Source of the DNA: Sedimenticola thiotaurini
Lineage (GTDB): Bacteria; Pseudomonadota; Gammaproteobacteria; Chromatiales; Chromatiaceae
Length of the DNA stretch: 64,000 bases
Direction of reading: 5' to 3'
NCBI GenBank assembly: GCA_011051715.1
Contig: DRKP01000006.1
Location: forward strand, 12,729-76,728
A model generated the notes under the pieces. That model did not search any database, was not told the DNA's origin, and saw only the letters and a program-made list of their open reading frames with translations. Positions 54,598 through 64,000 of the stretch are shown piece by piece; positions within the stretch are counted from its first letter, which is position 1, and the number at the start of each line of letters is the position of its first letter. A program made the position numbers and the translations under genes.

Positions 54598-56505
54598 ATG
54601 CCGCAGATCACCCTCCCCGACGGTTCCGTGAAACAGTTCGACCACCCGGTCACCGTGGCCGAGGTGGCCGCCTCCATCGGCCCCGGCCTGGCCAAGGCGG
54701 CCCTGGCCGGGAAGGTGGACGGCCGCCTGGTGGATACCAGCCACGTCATCGACCGGGACGCCGAGCTGGCCATCGTCACCGATCGCGACGACGAGGGGCT
54801 GGAGATCATCCGCCACTCCACCGCCCACCTGCTGGCCCAGGCGGTGAAGGAGCTGTTCCCCGAGGCCCAGGTCACCATCGGTCCCACCATCGAGGATGGC
54901 TTCTACTACGACTTCGCCTACCAGCGCGGCTTCACTCCGGAGGACCTGAAACGGATCGAGGAGCGGATGAAGCAGCTGGCGAAGAAGGACGAGAGGATCA
55001 GCCGCCGGGTGATGAGCCGGGACCAGGCGGTGCGCTTCTTCCGTGACCAGGGCGAGGAGTACAAGGCGGAGATCATCGAGTCGATTCCCGAGGACCAGGA
55101 GCTGTCGCTGTACGATCAGGACGGCTTCACCGATCTGTGCCGCGGCCCCCATGTGCCCAGCACCGGCCGGCTGAAGGCGTTCAAGCTGATGAAGGTGGCC
55201 GGGGCCTACTGGCGCGGCGACTCCGGCAACGAGATGCTGCAGCGGATCTACGGCACCGCCTGGCGCAACAAGAAGGAGCTGAAGGAGTACCTGCACCGGC
55301 TGGAGGAGGCGGAGAAGCGCGACCACCGCAAGATCGGCAAGGCGCTGGACCTGTTCCACACCCAGGAAGAGGCGCCGGGCATGGTGTTCTGGCACGACAA
55401 GGGGTGGCAGATCTACCTGGCGGTGGAGAACTACATCCGCGACAAGCTGCGCGACAACGGCTACCAGGAGGTGCATACACCCCAGGTGATCGACCGCAGC
55501 CTGTGGGAGAAGTCGGGCCACTGGGACAAGTTCGGCGACATGATCTTCACCACCCACTCCGAGAACCGGGACTACGCCATCAAACCGATGAACTGCCCGG
55601 CCCACATCCAGATCTACAATCATGGCCTGAAGAGCTACCGCGACCTGCCCCTGCGGCTGGCTGAATTCGGCTCCTGCCATCGCAACGAGCCGTCGGGCAC
55701 CCTGCACGGACTGATGCGGGTACGCAATTTCGTCCAGGACGATGCCCATATCTTCTGCACCGAGGATCAGATCCTGTCCGAGGTCTCCGACTTCATCGAC
55801 CTGCTGTTCGAGGTCTACCGCGACTTCGGCTTCGACGAGGTGCTGATCAAGCTCTCCACCCGGCCGGAGCAGCGGGTGGGGGCGGACGAGCTGTGGGACA
55901 AGGCGGAGAAGTCGCTGGAGGACGCCCTCAACCACAAGCAGCTGGAGTGGGAGCTGCAGCCGGGGGAGGGGGCCTTCTACGGTCCCAAGATCGAATTCTC
56001 CCTGCGCGACTGCCTGGGACGGGTGTGGCAGCTCGGCACCATCCAGCTCGACTTCTCCATGCCGGGGCGCCTCGATGCCCACTACATCGCCGAGGACAAC
56101 AGCCGGCAGGTGCCGGTGATGCTGCACCGGGCGATCCTGGGTTCGCTGGAGCGGTTCATCGGCATTCTCATCGAGCACTATGCCGGCGCCCTGCCGCTGT
56201 GGCTGTCGCCGGTGCAGGCGGTGGTGCTGAATATCACCGACAATCAGGCCGGGTTTGCGGAAAAGGTGGCCCTGGAGCTGAAAAAACAGGGATTTAGGGT
56301 CGAAATGGACTTGAGAAACGAAAAGATCGGCTTTAAAATCCGCGAGCACACATTGTCCCGGGTGCCCTATCTTCTGATCGTGGGTGACCGGGAGATGGAG
56401 CAGGGGACGGTCGCCGTCCGCACCCGCACTGGCGAGGATCTGGGCAGCATGGATGTCCAGGCGCTGATCGGGCGGATGCGTGACGAGGTGGCCAGCCACC
56501 GGTAA
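54598..56505 (+). CDS. thrS: Threonine--tRNA ligase
   Basis: TGS domain [14 protein letters not shown], editing domain [11 protein letters not shown] and class II motifs (FRNE-like [17 protein letters not shown]). 635 aa. Confidence 0.97.
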   Translation: MPQITLPDGSVKQFDHPVTVAEVAASIGPGLAKAALAGKVDGRLVDTSHVIDRDAELAIVTDRDDEGLEIIRHSTAHLLAQAVKELFPEAQVTIGPTIEDGFYYDFAYQRGFTPEDLKRIEERMKQLAKKDERISRRVMSRDQAVRFFRDQGEEYKAEIIESIPEDQELSLYDQDGFTDLCRGPHVPSTGRLKAFKLMKVAGAYWRGDSGNEMLQRIYGTAWRNKKELKEYLHRLEEAEKRDHRKIGKALDLFHTQEEAPGMVFWHDKGWQIYLAVENYIRDKLRDNGYQEVHTPQVIDRSLWEKSGHWDKFGDMIFTTHSENRDYAIKPMNCPAHIQIYNHGLKSYRDLPLRLAEFGSCHRNEPSGTLHGLMRVRNFVQDDAHIFCTEDQILSEVSDFIDLLFEVYRDFGFDEVLIKLSTRPEQRVGADELWDKAEKSLEDALNHKQLEWELQPGEGAFYGPKIEFSLRDCLGRVWQLGTIQLDFSMPGRLDAHYIAEDNSRQVPVMLHRAILGSLERFIGILIEHYAGALPLWLSPVQAVVLNITDNQAGFAEKVALELKKQGFRVEMDLRNEKIGFKIREHTLSRVPYLLIVGDREMEQGTVAVRTRTGEDLGSMDVQALIGRMRDEVASHR

Positions 56506-56588
56506 TTCATGGAGCCTGCCCTGGGCCGGCGCCTCGGAAATGGCGCCAGCAGGCGGGCTTTGTCGTTTGATCTTTGGGAGAAACCGTT

Positions 56589-57107
56589 ATCGCTGCACCA
56601 AAAAGAAACCGCCTGAACCAGGACATCACGGCACCGCAGGTCCGCCTCATCGGGGTCGACGGGGAGCAGGTGGGGATCGTCACGCTGAACGAAGCACTGG
56701 AGGCCGCCCAGGCGGCCGGACTCGACCTGGTGGAGATCGTGCCCAACGCCGAGCCACCGGTCTGCCGTATCATGGACTACGGCAAGTTCGTGTTCGAACA
56801 GAAGAAGCAGAAGCAGGCGGCAAAGAAGAAGCAGAAGCAGGTTCAGGTCAAAGAGATCAAGTTTCGCCCAGGGACGGGGGAAGGGGATTATCAGGTAAAA
56901 CTACGCAACCTGATACGTTTCCTGAAGGACGGGGACAAGACCAAGGTGACCATGCGTTTCCGCGGTCGTGAGCATGCCCACCGGGAGCTGGGTCTGGAGC
57001 TGTTGCGGCGCGTCGAGGCCGATCTGGCCGAATACGGCGAAGTCGAGCAGCAGCCCCAGATGGAAGGCCGGCAGATGGTGATGGTGCTGCGCCCCCTGAA
57101 GAAGTAG
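56589..57107 (+). CDS. infC: Translation initiation factor IF-3
   Basis: Colinear with E. coli IF3: [25 protein letters not shown] and [25 protein letters not shown]. The likely start is the non-canonical ATC at 56589, 8 nt after GGGAG (56576-56580). The ORF-track TTG at 56574 lacks an SD. Confidence 0.9.
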   Translation: MAAPKRNRLNQDITAPQVRLIGVDGEQVGIVTLNEALEAAQAAGLDLVEIVPNAEPPVCRIMDYGKFVFEQKKQKQAAKKKQKQVQVKEIKFRPGTGEGDYQVKLRNLIRFLKDGDKTKVTMRFRGREHAHRELGLELLRRVEADLAEYGEVEQQPQMEGRQMVMVLRPLKK

Positions 57108-57165
57108 TTGCACCCGAGACAGTGGGTCCGGGTGACATCAATCATCGAATGCGGAGTTGAAAGCT

Positions 57166-57363
57166 ATGCCGAAGATCAAGACCAATCGCGGCGCGGCGAA
57201 GCGGTTCAAGGTAACCGGTTCGGGCGCCATCAAACGGGGCCAGTCCCATCGTCGTCACATCCTCACCAAGAAGAGCACCAAGCGCAAGCGTCAGCTGCGC
57301 GCGCCGGCCCAGCTGCACAAGGCCGACGTGGCCGCCGCGCGCCGGATGATTCCCTACGCCTGA
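57166..57363 (+). CDS. rpmI: 50S ribosomal protein L35
   Basis: [20 protein letters not shown]...[22 protein letters not shown]. Confidence 0.95.
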   Translation: MPKIKTNRGAAKRFKVTGSGAIKRGQSHRRHILTKKSTKRKRQLRAPAQLHKADVAAARRMIPYA

Positions 57364-57385
57364 TTCGAGCAGAGGAGACTGACAG

Positions 57386-57745
57386 ATGCCCCGCGTAAAA
57401 CGTGGCGTACAGGCACACGCCAAACACAAGAAAGTGCTGAAGGAAGCAAAGGGTTACTACGGTGCCCGGAGCAAGGTCTACCGGGTCGCCAAGCAGGCGG
57501 TCATCAAGGCGGGACAGTACGCCTACCGCGACCGGCGCCAGAAGAAGCGCCAGTTCCGCGCCCTGTGGATCGCCCGTATCAATGCCGCTGCCCGGGAGAA
57601 CGGTCTCTCCTACAGCCGCATGATCAACGGCCTGAAGAAGGCCGGGGTGGAGATCGACCGCAAGATGCTGGCCGACCTGGCCATCTTCGACAAGCCGGCG
57701 TTCAGCGCCCTGGCGGAACAGGCCAAGGCCAGTCTCTCCAGCTGA
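57386..57745 (+). CDS. rplT: 50S ribosomal protein L20
   Basis: [26 protein letters not shown]...[23 protein letters not shown]. Confidence 0.97.
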   Translation: MPRVKRGVQAHAKHKKVLKEAKGYYGARSKVYRVAKQAVIKAGQYAYRDRRQKKRQFRALWIARINAAARENGLSYSRMINGLKKAGVEIDRKMLADLAIFDKPAFSALAEQAKASLSS

Positions 57746-57790
57746 ACGGGTCACGGCGCCGGGACGAAGCGGCTTCGTTCCGGCCGATGA

Positions 57791-58903
<1,113 letters not shown>

Positions 58904-58938
58904 GAGCGTGTCCAGGGCCGAATATTGGAAAACCATTG

Positions 58939-59090
58939 TTCACCACAGGGGCACAGAGATCTCCCGAAAAAGTGTCACGGCCGAAGGCGCAACAGGAGAC
59001 GGCACAGCAATGACCGGGTCTGGCTGATGTTTGTTCGGCGCCCCGCCGGGTCCTCTGCCACCTCTGTGCTCTCCGTGCCTCTGTGGTGAA
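58939..59090. repeat. 152-bp MITE/REP-like element with 16-bp terminal inverted repeats, inserted between pheS and pheT
   Basis: TTCACCACAGGGGCAC (58939-58954) versus the reverse complement of GTGCCTCTGTGGTGAA (59075-59090), 15/16 match. It shares the CCACAGAGGNCACAGAG motif with 48211-48229. Confidence 0.6.
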
Positions 59091-59114
59091 AACGGAAATA
59101 ACCGGAAACAAACT

Positions 59115-61493
59115 ATGAAATTCAGTGAAGCCTGGTTGCGTGAATGGGTCAATCCGCCGGTCACTACCGAAGAGCTGGCGGACCAGCTCAGCATGGCGGG
59201 CCTGGAGGTGGACTCGATCGAGCCGGTGGCCGGCGCCTTCGACGGCGTGGTGGTCGGCGCCGTGCTCGCCTGCGAGCGCCATCCCGATGCCGACAAGCTC
59301 AACGTCTGCAACGTCGATGCAGGCCAGGGAGAGCCGCTGCAGATCGTCTGCGGAGCGCCCAACGTGGCGGCCGGCATGAAGGTGCCGGTGGCCCTGGTGG
59401 GGGCCCGCCTGCCCGGCGACTTCCGGATCAGGAAGGCGAAGCTGCGCGGGGTCGAATCCCGCGGCATGATCTGCTCCGCCGCCGAGCTGGGTATGGCGGA
59501 GTCCTCCGACGGGATCCTGCCGCTGCCGGACGACGCCCCGGTCGGGGAGGACGTGCGCGCCTATCTGCAACTCGACGACCACGCCATCGATGTCGACCTG
59601 ACCCCGGACCGGGGCGACTGCCTCGGCGTCATGGGCATCGCCCGCGAGGTGGGGGTGATCAACCGCTGCCCGGTGAAGGTGCCGTCGATGGAACCGGTGG
59701 CGGCCGTCCACGACGGGACCTTTCCCGTCGAGGTGACCGCCCCGGAGGCGTGCCCCCGCTACGGCTGCCGCATCGTCCGCGGCATCGACCCCCAGGCGCG
59801 CACGCCCCTGTGGATGCAGGAGCGGCTGCGCCGCGGCGGCCTGCGCCCGATCCATCCGGTGGTGGATGTCACCAACTACGTCATGCTGGAACTGGGGCAG
59901 CCGATGCACGGCTTCGACCTGCGCCAGCTGGAGCAGGGGATCCGGGTGCGGATGGCGCGGCCGGGGGAGAAGCTGCGCATGCTCGACGGCACCGACCTGG
60001 AGCTGCGCGACGACACCCTGGTGATCGCCGATGACGCCAAGCCGGTGGCCATCGCCGGCATCATGGGCGGTGAGCATTCGGGGGTGGCCGCGGATACCAC
60101 CGACGTGCTGCTCGAATGCGCCTTCTTCGCCCCCACGGCCATCATCGGCAAGGCGCGCAGTTACGGCCTGCATACCGACTCCTCCCATCGCTACGAGCGG
60201 GGGGTCGATCCGGAGTTGCAGGGACGGGCCATGGAGCGGGCCACCCGCCTGCTGCTGGAGATCGCCGGCGGCGAACCCGGTCCTGTCAACGAGGTGGTCT
60301 CCCCGCAGCACATCCCCCGGCGCCCCGAGGTACTGTTGCGGCGGGATCGCGTGACCCGGCTGCTGGGCGTCGCCATCGACGACGACACCATCGTCGACAT
60401 CCTGACCCGGCTGGAGATGCAGCTCCGGGAGGCGGAGGGCGGCTGGCTGGTGACGGCGCCGAGCTGCCGCTTCGATATCACCATCGAGGCCGACCTGATC
60501 GAGGAGATCGGGCGCATCTACGGCTACACCCGCATCCCCGCCCATCGCGGCAGCACCGCCACCGTCATGCGTGGCGAGCCGGAGACCGGCTTCAGCCTGG
60601 AGCGGGCGCGGGCGGTACTGGTTGACCGGGACTACCAGGAGGCGATCACCTACAGCTTCATCAGCCGGGAACTGCACGACCTGATGGATCCCGCCCATGG
60701 CACGGTGGAACTGGCCAACCCCATTTCGGCCGACATGTCGGTGATGCGCACCAGCCTCTGGCCCGGCCTGCTGCAGGCCATGAAGCACAATGAGGCGCGC
60801 CAGCAGGGCCGTATCCGACTGTTCGAATCCGGCTTGAGATTCGTGCAGCAACAGGATGAAATAAAACAGGAAAATATGCTTGCCGGCATCATCACCGGCA
60901 GTGCCGACCCGGAGCAGTGGGGGGTGCCGGCCCGGGACGCCGACTTCTTCGACCTGAAGGGGGATCTGGAGGCCCTGCTGGCCCTGACCGGCGCTGCGGC
61001 GGACTTCCGCTTCGTGCCGGCGGAACATCCGGCCCTGCACCCGGGGCAGGCGGCCCGGATCGAACGCGATGGCCGGCCGCTGGGATGGATCGGTGCCCTG
61101 CACCCGGAGATCGAGAGGAGACTGGGCCTGAACGGCAACGTCCACCTGTTCGAGATCCATCTGAACGAACTGCTCGAAGGCCGGCTGCCGGCATTCGAGC
61201 CCCTCTCCAAGTTCCCCTCCATCCGGCGCGACATCGCCATCGTGGTGGCGCGGGACGTGCCCTTCGCCCGGATCGAGACCTGCGTCCGGACGGCGGCGCC
61301 GGAAATCCTGCAGGATATGGTGCTGTTCGACGTCTATACCGGCGAAAAAGTAGATTCCGGGCTAAAAAGTCTCGCTTTAGGCTTGATTTTACAAGGAACT
61401 TCGTACACGCTTACTGACCAGGAAGTGGATGAGGCGATGGCCCGGATTCTGGACTCGCTGAGACAACAGCTGAATGCACAACTGAGAGACTGA
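59115..61493 (+). CDS. pheT: Phenylalanine--tRNA ligase beta subunit
   Basis: MKFSEAWLREWVNP, tRNA-binding domain HPDADKLNVCNVD, and the B3/4, B5 and FDX-ACB domains. 792 aa. Confidence 0.96.
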   Translation: MKFSEAWLREWVNPPVTTEELADQLSMAGLEVDSIEPVAGAFDGVVVGAVLACERHPDADKLNVCNVDAGQGEPLQIVCGAPNVAAGMKVPVALVGARLPGDFRIRKAKLRGVESRGMICSAAELGMAESSDGILPLPDDAPVGEDVRAYLQLDDHAIDVDLTPDRGDCLGVMGIAREVGVINRCPVKVPSMEPVAAVHDGTFPVEVTAPEACPRYGCRIVRGIDPQARTPLWMQERLRRGGLRPIHPVVDVTNYVMLELGQPMHGFDLRQLEQGIRVRMARPGEKLRMLDGTDLELRDDTLVIADDAKPVAIAGIMGGEHSGVAADTTDVLLECAFFAPTAIIGKARSYGLHTDSSHRYERGVDPELQGRAMERATRLLLEIAGGEPGPVNEVVSPQHIPRRPEVLLRRDRVTRLLGVAIDDDTIVDILTRLEMQLREAEGGWLVTAPSCRFDITIEADLIEEIGRIYGYTRIPAHRGSTATVMRGEPETGFSLERARAVLVDRDYQEAITYSFISRELHDLMDPAHGTVELANPISADMSVMRTSLWPGLLQAMKHNEARQQGRIRLFESGLRFVQQQDEIKQENMLAGIITGSADPEQWGVPARDADFFDLKGDLEALLALTGAAADFRFVPAEHPALHPGQAARIERDGRPLGWIGALHPEIERRLGLNGNVHLFEIHLNELLEGRLPAFEPLSKFPSIRRDIAIVVARDVPFARIETCVRTAAPEILQDMVLFDVYTGEKVDSGLKSLALGLILQGTSYTLTDQEVDEAMARILDSLRQQLNAQLRD

Positions 61494-61496
61494 AGC

Positions 61497-61796
61497 ATGG
61501 CGTTGACCAAGGCAGAAATGGCGGAGCGGCTCTTCGACGAACTCGGCCTCAACAAGCGGGAGGCCAAGGAGATGGTTGAGATGTTCTTCGAGACCATCCG
61601 TGCCTCGCTGGAGAAGGGGGAACAGGTCAAGCTCTCCGGCTTCGGCAATTTCGATCTGCGGGAGAAGAAGGAGCGGCCGGGACGGAATCCCAAGACCGGC
61701 GAGGAGATTCCCATCTCCGCGCGCCGGGTGGTCACCTTCCGGCCGGGGCAGAAACTGAAAGCGAGGGTGGAAGCCTATGCTGGAAGCGAGCAGTAG
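61497..61796 (+). CDS. ihfA: Integration host factor subunit alpha
   Basis: [12 protein letters not shown]...[57 protein letters not shown]. Confidence 0.95.
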   Translation: MALTKAEMAERLFDELGLNKREAKEMVEMFFETIRASLEKGEQVKLSGFGNFDLREKKERPGRNPKTGEEIPISARRVVTFRPGQKLKARVEAYAGSEQ

Positions 61797-62136
61797 TACG
61801 GCGGACCTCCCGGCGATCCCGGGAAAGCGCTATTTCACCATCGGCGAGGTGAGCGAGCTGTGTGGCGTCAAGCCCCACGTACTGCGCTACTGGGAACAGG
61901 AGTTTCCGCAGCTGAAGCCGGTCAAGCGACGCGGCAACCGGCGCTACTATCAGCGCCACGACGTGCTGATGATCCGACAGATCCGCAGCCTGCTGTACGA
62001 ACAGGGATTCACCATCGGTGGTGCCCGGCAGCAGCTCTCCGGCGAGGGGGCGAAGGAGGATCGGGCCCAGAGCCAGCAGATCATCCGCCAGCTGCGCTCC
62101 GAACTGGAAGAGGTGCTGCAGATCCTCAAGGCGTGA
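61777..62136 (+). CDS. MerR-family transcriptional regulator
   Basis: [41 protein letters not shown]. Its start overlaps the ihfA 3' end. Confidence 0.85.
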   Translation: MLEASSSTADLPAIPGKRYFTIGEVSELCGVKPHVLRYWEQEFPQLKPVKRRGNRRYYQRHDVLMIRQIRSLLYEQGFTIGGARQQLSGEGAKEDRAQSQQIIRQLRSELEEVLQILKA

Positions 62137-62147
62137 CCGGGCCGGCA

Positions 62148-62176
62148 TTGACATCGGTCCGCATTGGGCCTAGTAT
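62148..62176 (+). promoter_or_regulatory. Sigma-70 promoter of tRNA-Pro
   Basis: Perfect TTGACA (62148-62153), 17-nt spacer, TAGTAT (62171-62176) and a GC-rich discriminator TCGCGC. The tRNA begins at 62188. Confidence 0.6.
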
Positions 62177-62187
62177 TCGCGCTCTTT

Positions 62188-62264
62188 CCGGGCGTGGCGC
62201 AGTCTGGTAGCGCACTACAATGGGGTTGTAGGGGTCGAGTGTTCGAATCACTCCGTCCGGACCA
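62188..62264 (+). tRNA. tRNA-Pro (GGG)
   Basis: CCGGGCGTGGCGCAGTCTGGTAGCGCACTACAATGGGGTTGTAGGGGTCGAGTGTTCGAATCACTCCGTCCGGACCA. Anticodon loop ATGGGGT with G37, and encoded CCA. Confidence 0.95.
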
Positions 62265-62277
62265 AACCGAAACCGAC

Positions 62278-62303
62278 GAGGCCGGTGCAGCTGCACCGGC
62301 CTC
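62278..62303 (+). terminator. Perfect 26-bp palindrome after tRNA-Pro (putative terminator, weak U-tract)
   Basis: GAGGCCGGTGCAG/CTGCACCGGCCTC, followed by GCTCGTTTCGG. Confidence 0.5.
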
Positions 62304-62333
62304 GCTCGTTTCGGCCTCCCTTTCTTCTCTCCG

Positions 62334-62684
62334 CTACTGGTCGTGGCCGCGCCATATGTCCTTGCCGCGGCGCCGGTCCCGGCCGATGCGCCGGTCCAGG
62401 CGCATGCGCGCGGTCTGCCGCCGGTCCGGCCGCACGCGCCGGTCCAGGCCGATGCGCCGGTCGGTGATGCCGAGATAGTCGCAGCTGCATTCGTCCGCGG
62501 TGCAGTCCGGAAGCGGCAGTCTGGGCACGTTTCTGCAGGAATAGACATATCCGGCCCTGGCAGAGGAGGCGCGGCAGCCACCATTGTAGATCTGTACCCC
62601 AAGGAATCTGGGATCCTGGCGGATCCGCTTCAGCCGCTGTTCCCGGGTCAATGTTTTCTTTTTCTTCAGGAATGAGAGCTTCAT
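62334..62684 (-). CDS. Hypothetical small protein: basic N-terminus, Cys-rich core, C-terminal DRR-repeat tail
   Basis: 116 aa: MKLSFLKKKKTLTREQRLKRIRQD..., then a C-x13-C-x11-C-x4-C-x-C pattern, then ITDRRIGLDRRVRPDRRQTARMRLDRRIGRDRRRG. Codon usage looks coding. No good SD. The long ORF-track extension upstream (to 63929) is antisense to the GGDEF gene. Confidence 0.5.
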   Translation of the reverse strand: MKLSFLKKKKTLTREQRLKRIRQDPRFLGVQIYNGGCRASSARAGYVYSCRNVPRLPLPDCTADECSCDYLGITDRRIGLDRRVRPDRRQTARMRLDRRIGRDRRRGKDIWRGHDQ

Positions 62685-62855
62685 ACCGGAATTTGTCGGC
62701 TCCTCCCACGTTTTCTTTACATGGGGGAGTGGAACGGATCGGCCGGTGAAACCCGGGAACATGTGCTTCAATAGAGGGCAGGGCGGGCGCAAGCCACCGG
62801 CGAGGGGGCAGTGCCCGGTACCACGGACAAAGGGAAGGGGACGGATCCAGGGACT

Positions 62856-64000
62856 GTGACGGGAACGAAGATACTTCTGGTCGACGACGATGCCGCGGTC
62901 AGGCTCTCGTTCCGGTCCTTTCTCGAGGACGATGGTTTCCGGGTGACCGCTGCGCAGGACGGCATGGAGGGCCTGGAGCGGTTCCGTGCCGAGACACCGG
63001 ATCTCGCCATCGTCGACCTGCGCATGCCGCGGATGGACGGCCTCGATCTGTTGAGATCGATCCGCCAGACAGATACCGAGATCCCTGTCATCGTCGTCTC
63101 CGGTGCCGGTACCATGAGCGACTCGATCGAGGCCCTGCGCCTCGGTGCCTGGGACTACCTGGTCAAGCCGGTTCCGGACCTGATGGTGCTCAAGCATGCG
63201 GTCGACCAGGCCCTGGAGCGGGCGCGGTTGCGGCGGGAGAATGCCCGCTACCGCGACCGGCTGGAGGCGTTGGTACGGGAACGCACACGCGAACTGGAAC
63301 GGCGCATCCGCGAGACCAGGGAGGCGGCCGATCGCCTGCGCATCTTTTCGCTGGCGCTGGAGCAGAGCGTCAATGCGGTCATCATCACCGACGTGGAGGG
63401 GCGGATCGAGTATGTCAACCGGCGCTTCACCGAGTTGACCGGCTATTCCCGGGACGAGGTTCTGAATCACACCCCCCGCATGCTCAAGTCGGACCTGACC
63501 CCGGCAGCCACCTACCGCCGGATGTGGCGCACCATCGCCGCCGGACGCCCGTGGCGCGGCGAACTGATGAACCGTCGCAAGTCCGGTGAGGCCTACTGGG
63601 AGGAGCTGACCATCACGCCGATCCTCGGTGACGACGGCCGGGTCGCCCATTATCTCGCCATGCAGGAGGATATCAGCGCACGCAAGACGCGCGAGGCGCT
63701 CCTGATTCACCAGGCGAGTCACGACGGTCTGACCGGCCTGCCGAACCGCATCCTCGCCATCGATCGTCTGGGTGAGGCGGTCAGGCGCAGTCTCCGGCAA
63801 CAGGAGCAGGGGGCGCTGCTGTTCATCGACCTGGACGATTTCAAGCAGATCAATGACACCCATGGTCACGAGACGGGTGACCGGCTGTTGAAGGCGGTGG
63901 CGACGCGGCTGAAGGAGACGGTGCGCCACAGCGATACGGTGGCCAGGATCGGCGGCGACGAATTCATCGTCATTCTGCAGTGGGTGGAGGAGGGCGACGG
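62856..64000 (+). CDS. Response regulator REC-PAS-GGDEF diguanylate cyclase (3' end beyond the window)
   Basis: GTG start, frame open to the window end. REC domain ILLVDDDAAVR...IVDLRMPRMDG...VKP. PAS domain AVIITDVEGRIEYVNRRFTELTGYSRDE. GGDEF domain DGLTGLPNR...IDLDDFKQINDTHGH..GD...ARIGGDEF. Confidence 0.85.
   Translation, partial: MTGTKILLVDDDAAVRLSFRSFLEDDGFRVTAAQDGMEGLERFRAETPDLAIVDLRMPRMDGLDLLRSIRQTDTEIPVIVVSGAGTMSDSIEALRLGAWDYLVKPVPDLMVLKHAVDQALERARLRRENARYRDRLEALVRERTRELERRIRETREAADRLRIFSLALEQSVNAVIITDVEGRIEYVNRRFTELTGYSRDEVLNHTPRMLKSDLTPAATYRRMWRTIAAGRPWRGELMNRRKSGEAYWEELTITPILGDDGRVAHYLAMQEDISARKTREALLIHQASHDGLTGLPNRILAIDRLGEAVRRSLRQQEQGALLFIDLDDFKQINDTHGHETGDRLLKAVATRLKETVRHSDTVARIGGDEFIVILQWVEEGD

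Noticed and set aside
62334-63929. 531-aa minus-strand ORF.
   Set aside because: Upstream of 62684 it is antisense to the clearly real REC-PAS-GGDEF gene. Only the terminal 116 codons (62334-62684) were kept, as a hypothetical small protein.

Overview
GC-rich chromosomal segment with gammaproteobacterial gene order (thrS-infC-rpmI-rplT-pheS-pheT-ihfA; tRNA-Asp, tRNA-Val and tRNA-Pro close to the E. coli sequences). I call about 55 protein genes, 3 tRNAs, several intrinsic terminators and promoters, and at least three families of short dispersed or tandem repeats. I saw no rRNA, CRISPR array, transposase, integrase or phage genes.

Content in order:
- recD 3' end, an MBL hydrolase and a hemerythrin.
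- An ECF sigma/anti-sigma pair whose sensor domain is DsrE-like, followed by a secreted DsrE-like paralogue.
- rarD, a response regulator-TPR protein with a soluble histidine kinase, rsmJ, tRNA-Asp, a MEKHLA protein and nfo.
- A pentahaem cytochrome c, tcdA, a membrane thioredoxin, valS and ppdK.
- A Fur-box-preceded cytochrome c/FTR1 iron permease fusion, a DedA/FAD-disulfide reductase fusion and a patatin.
- A tungsten island: moeA-tupCBA divergent from an AorABC-type aldehyde:ferredoxin oxidoreductase operon with a MoaD-like gene.
- A complete type II secretion system (gspEF, gspC/N-M-L-K-J-I-H-G, gspD) running straight on from that operon and ending next to a large secreted nonahaem c-type cytochrome.
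- A chalcone-isomerase-like protein, a decayed DMT transporter remnant, an alpha/beta hydrolase and tRNA-Val.
- A repeat-rich spacer with three 131-bp tandem units, a cytoplasmic molybdopterin oxidoreductase and a DUF748 giant protein.
- The thrS-ihfA translation cluster, carrying a tRNA-Thr anticodon-arm mimic, a probable non-AUG infC start and a 152-bp inverted-repeat insertion between pheS and pheT.
- merR, tRNA-Pro, a small Cys-rich DRR-repeat protein and a REC-PAS-GGDEF gene cut by the window end.

Most promising candidates for undescribed biology:
1. The T2SS plus adjacent nonahaem cytochrome, a possible extracellular electron-transfer export module.
2. The ECF/anti-sigma(DsrE-like)/DsrE-like trio, a possible periplasmic sulfur-sensing switch.

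All functional calls rest on motif recognition by eye. No database search was run.
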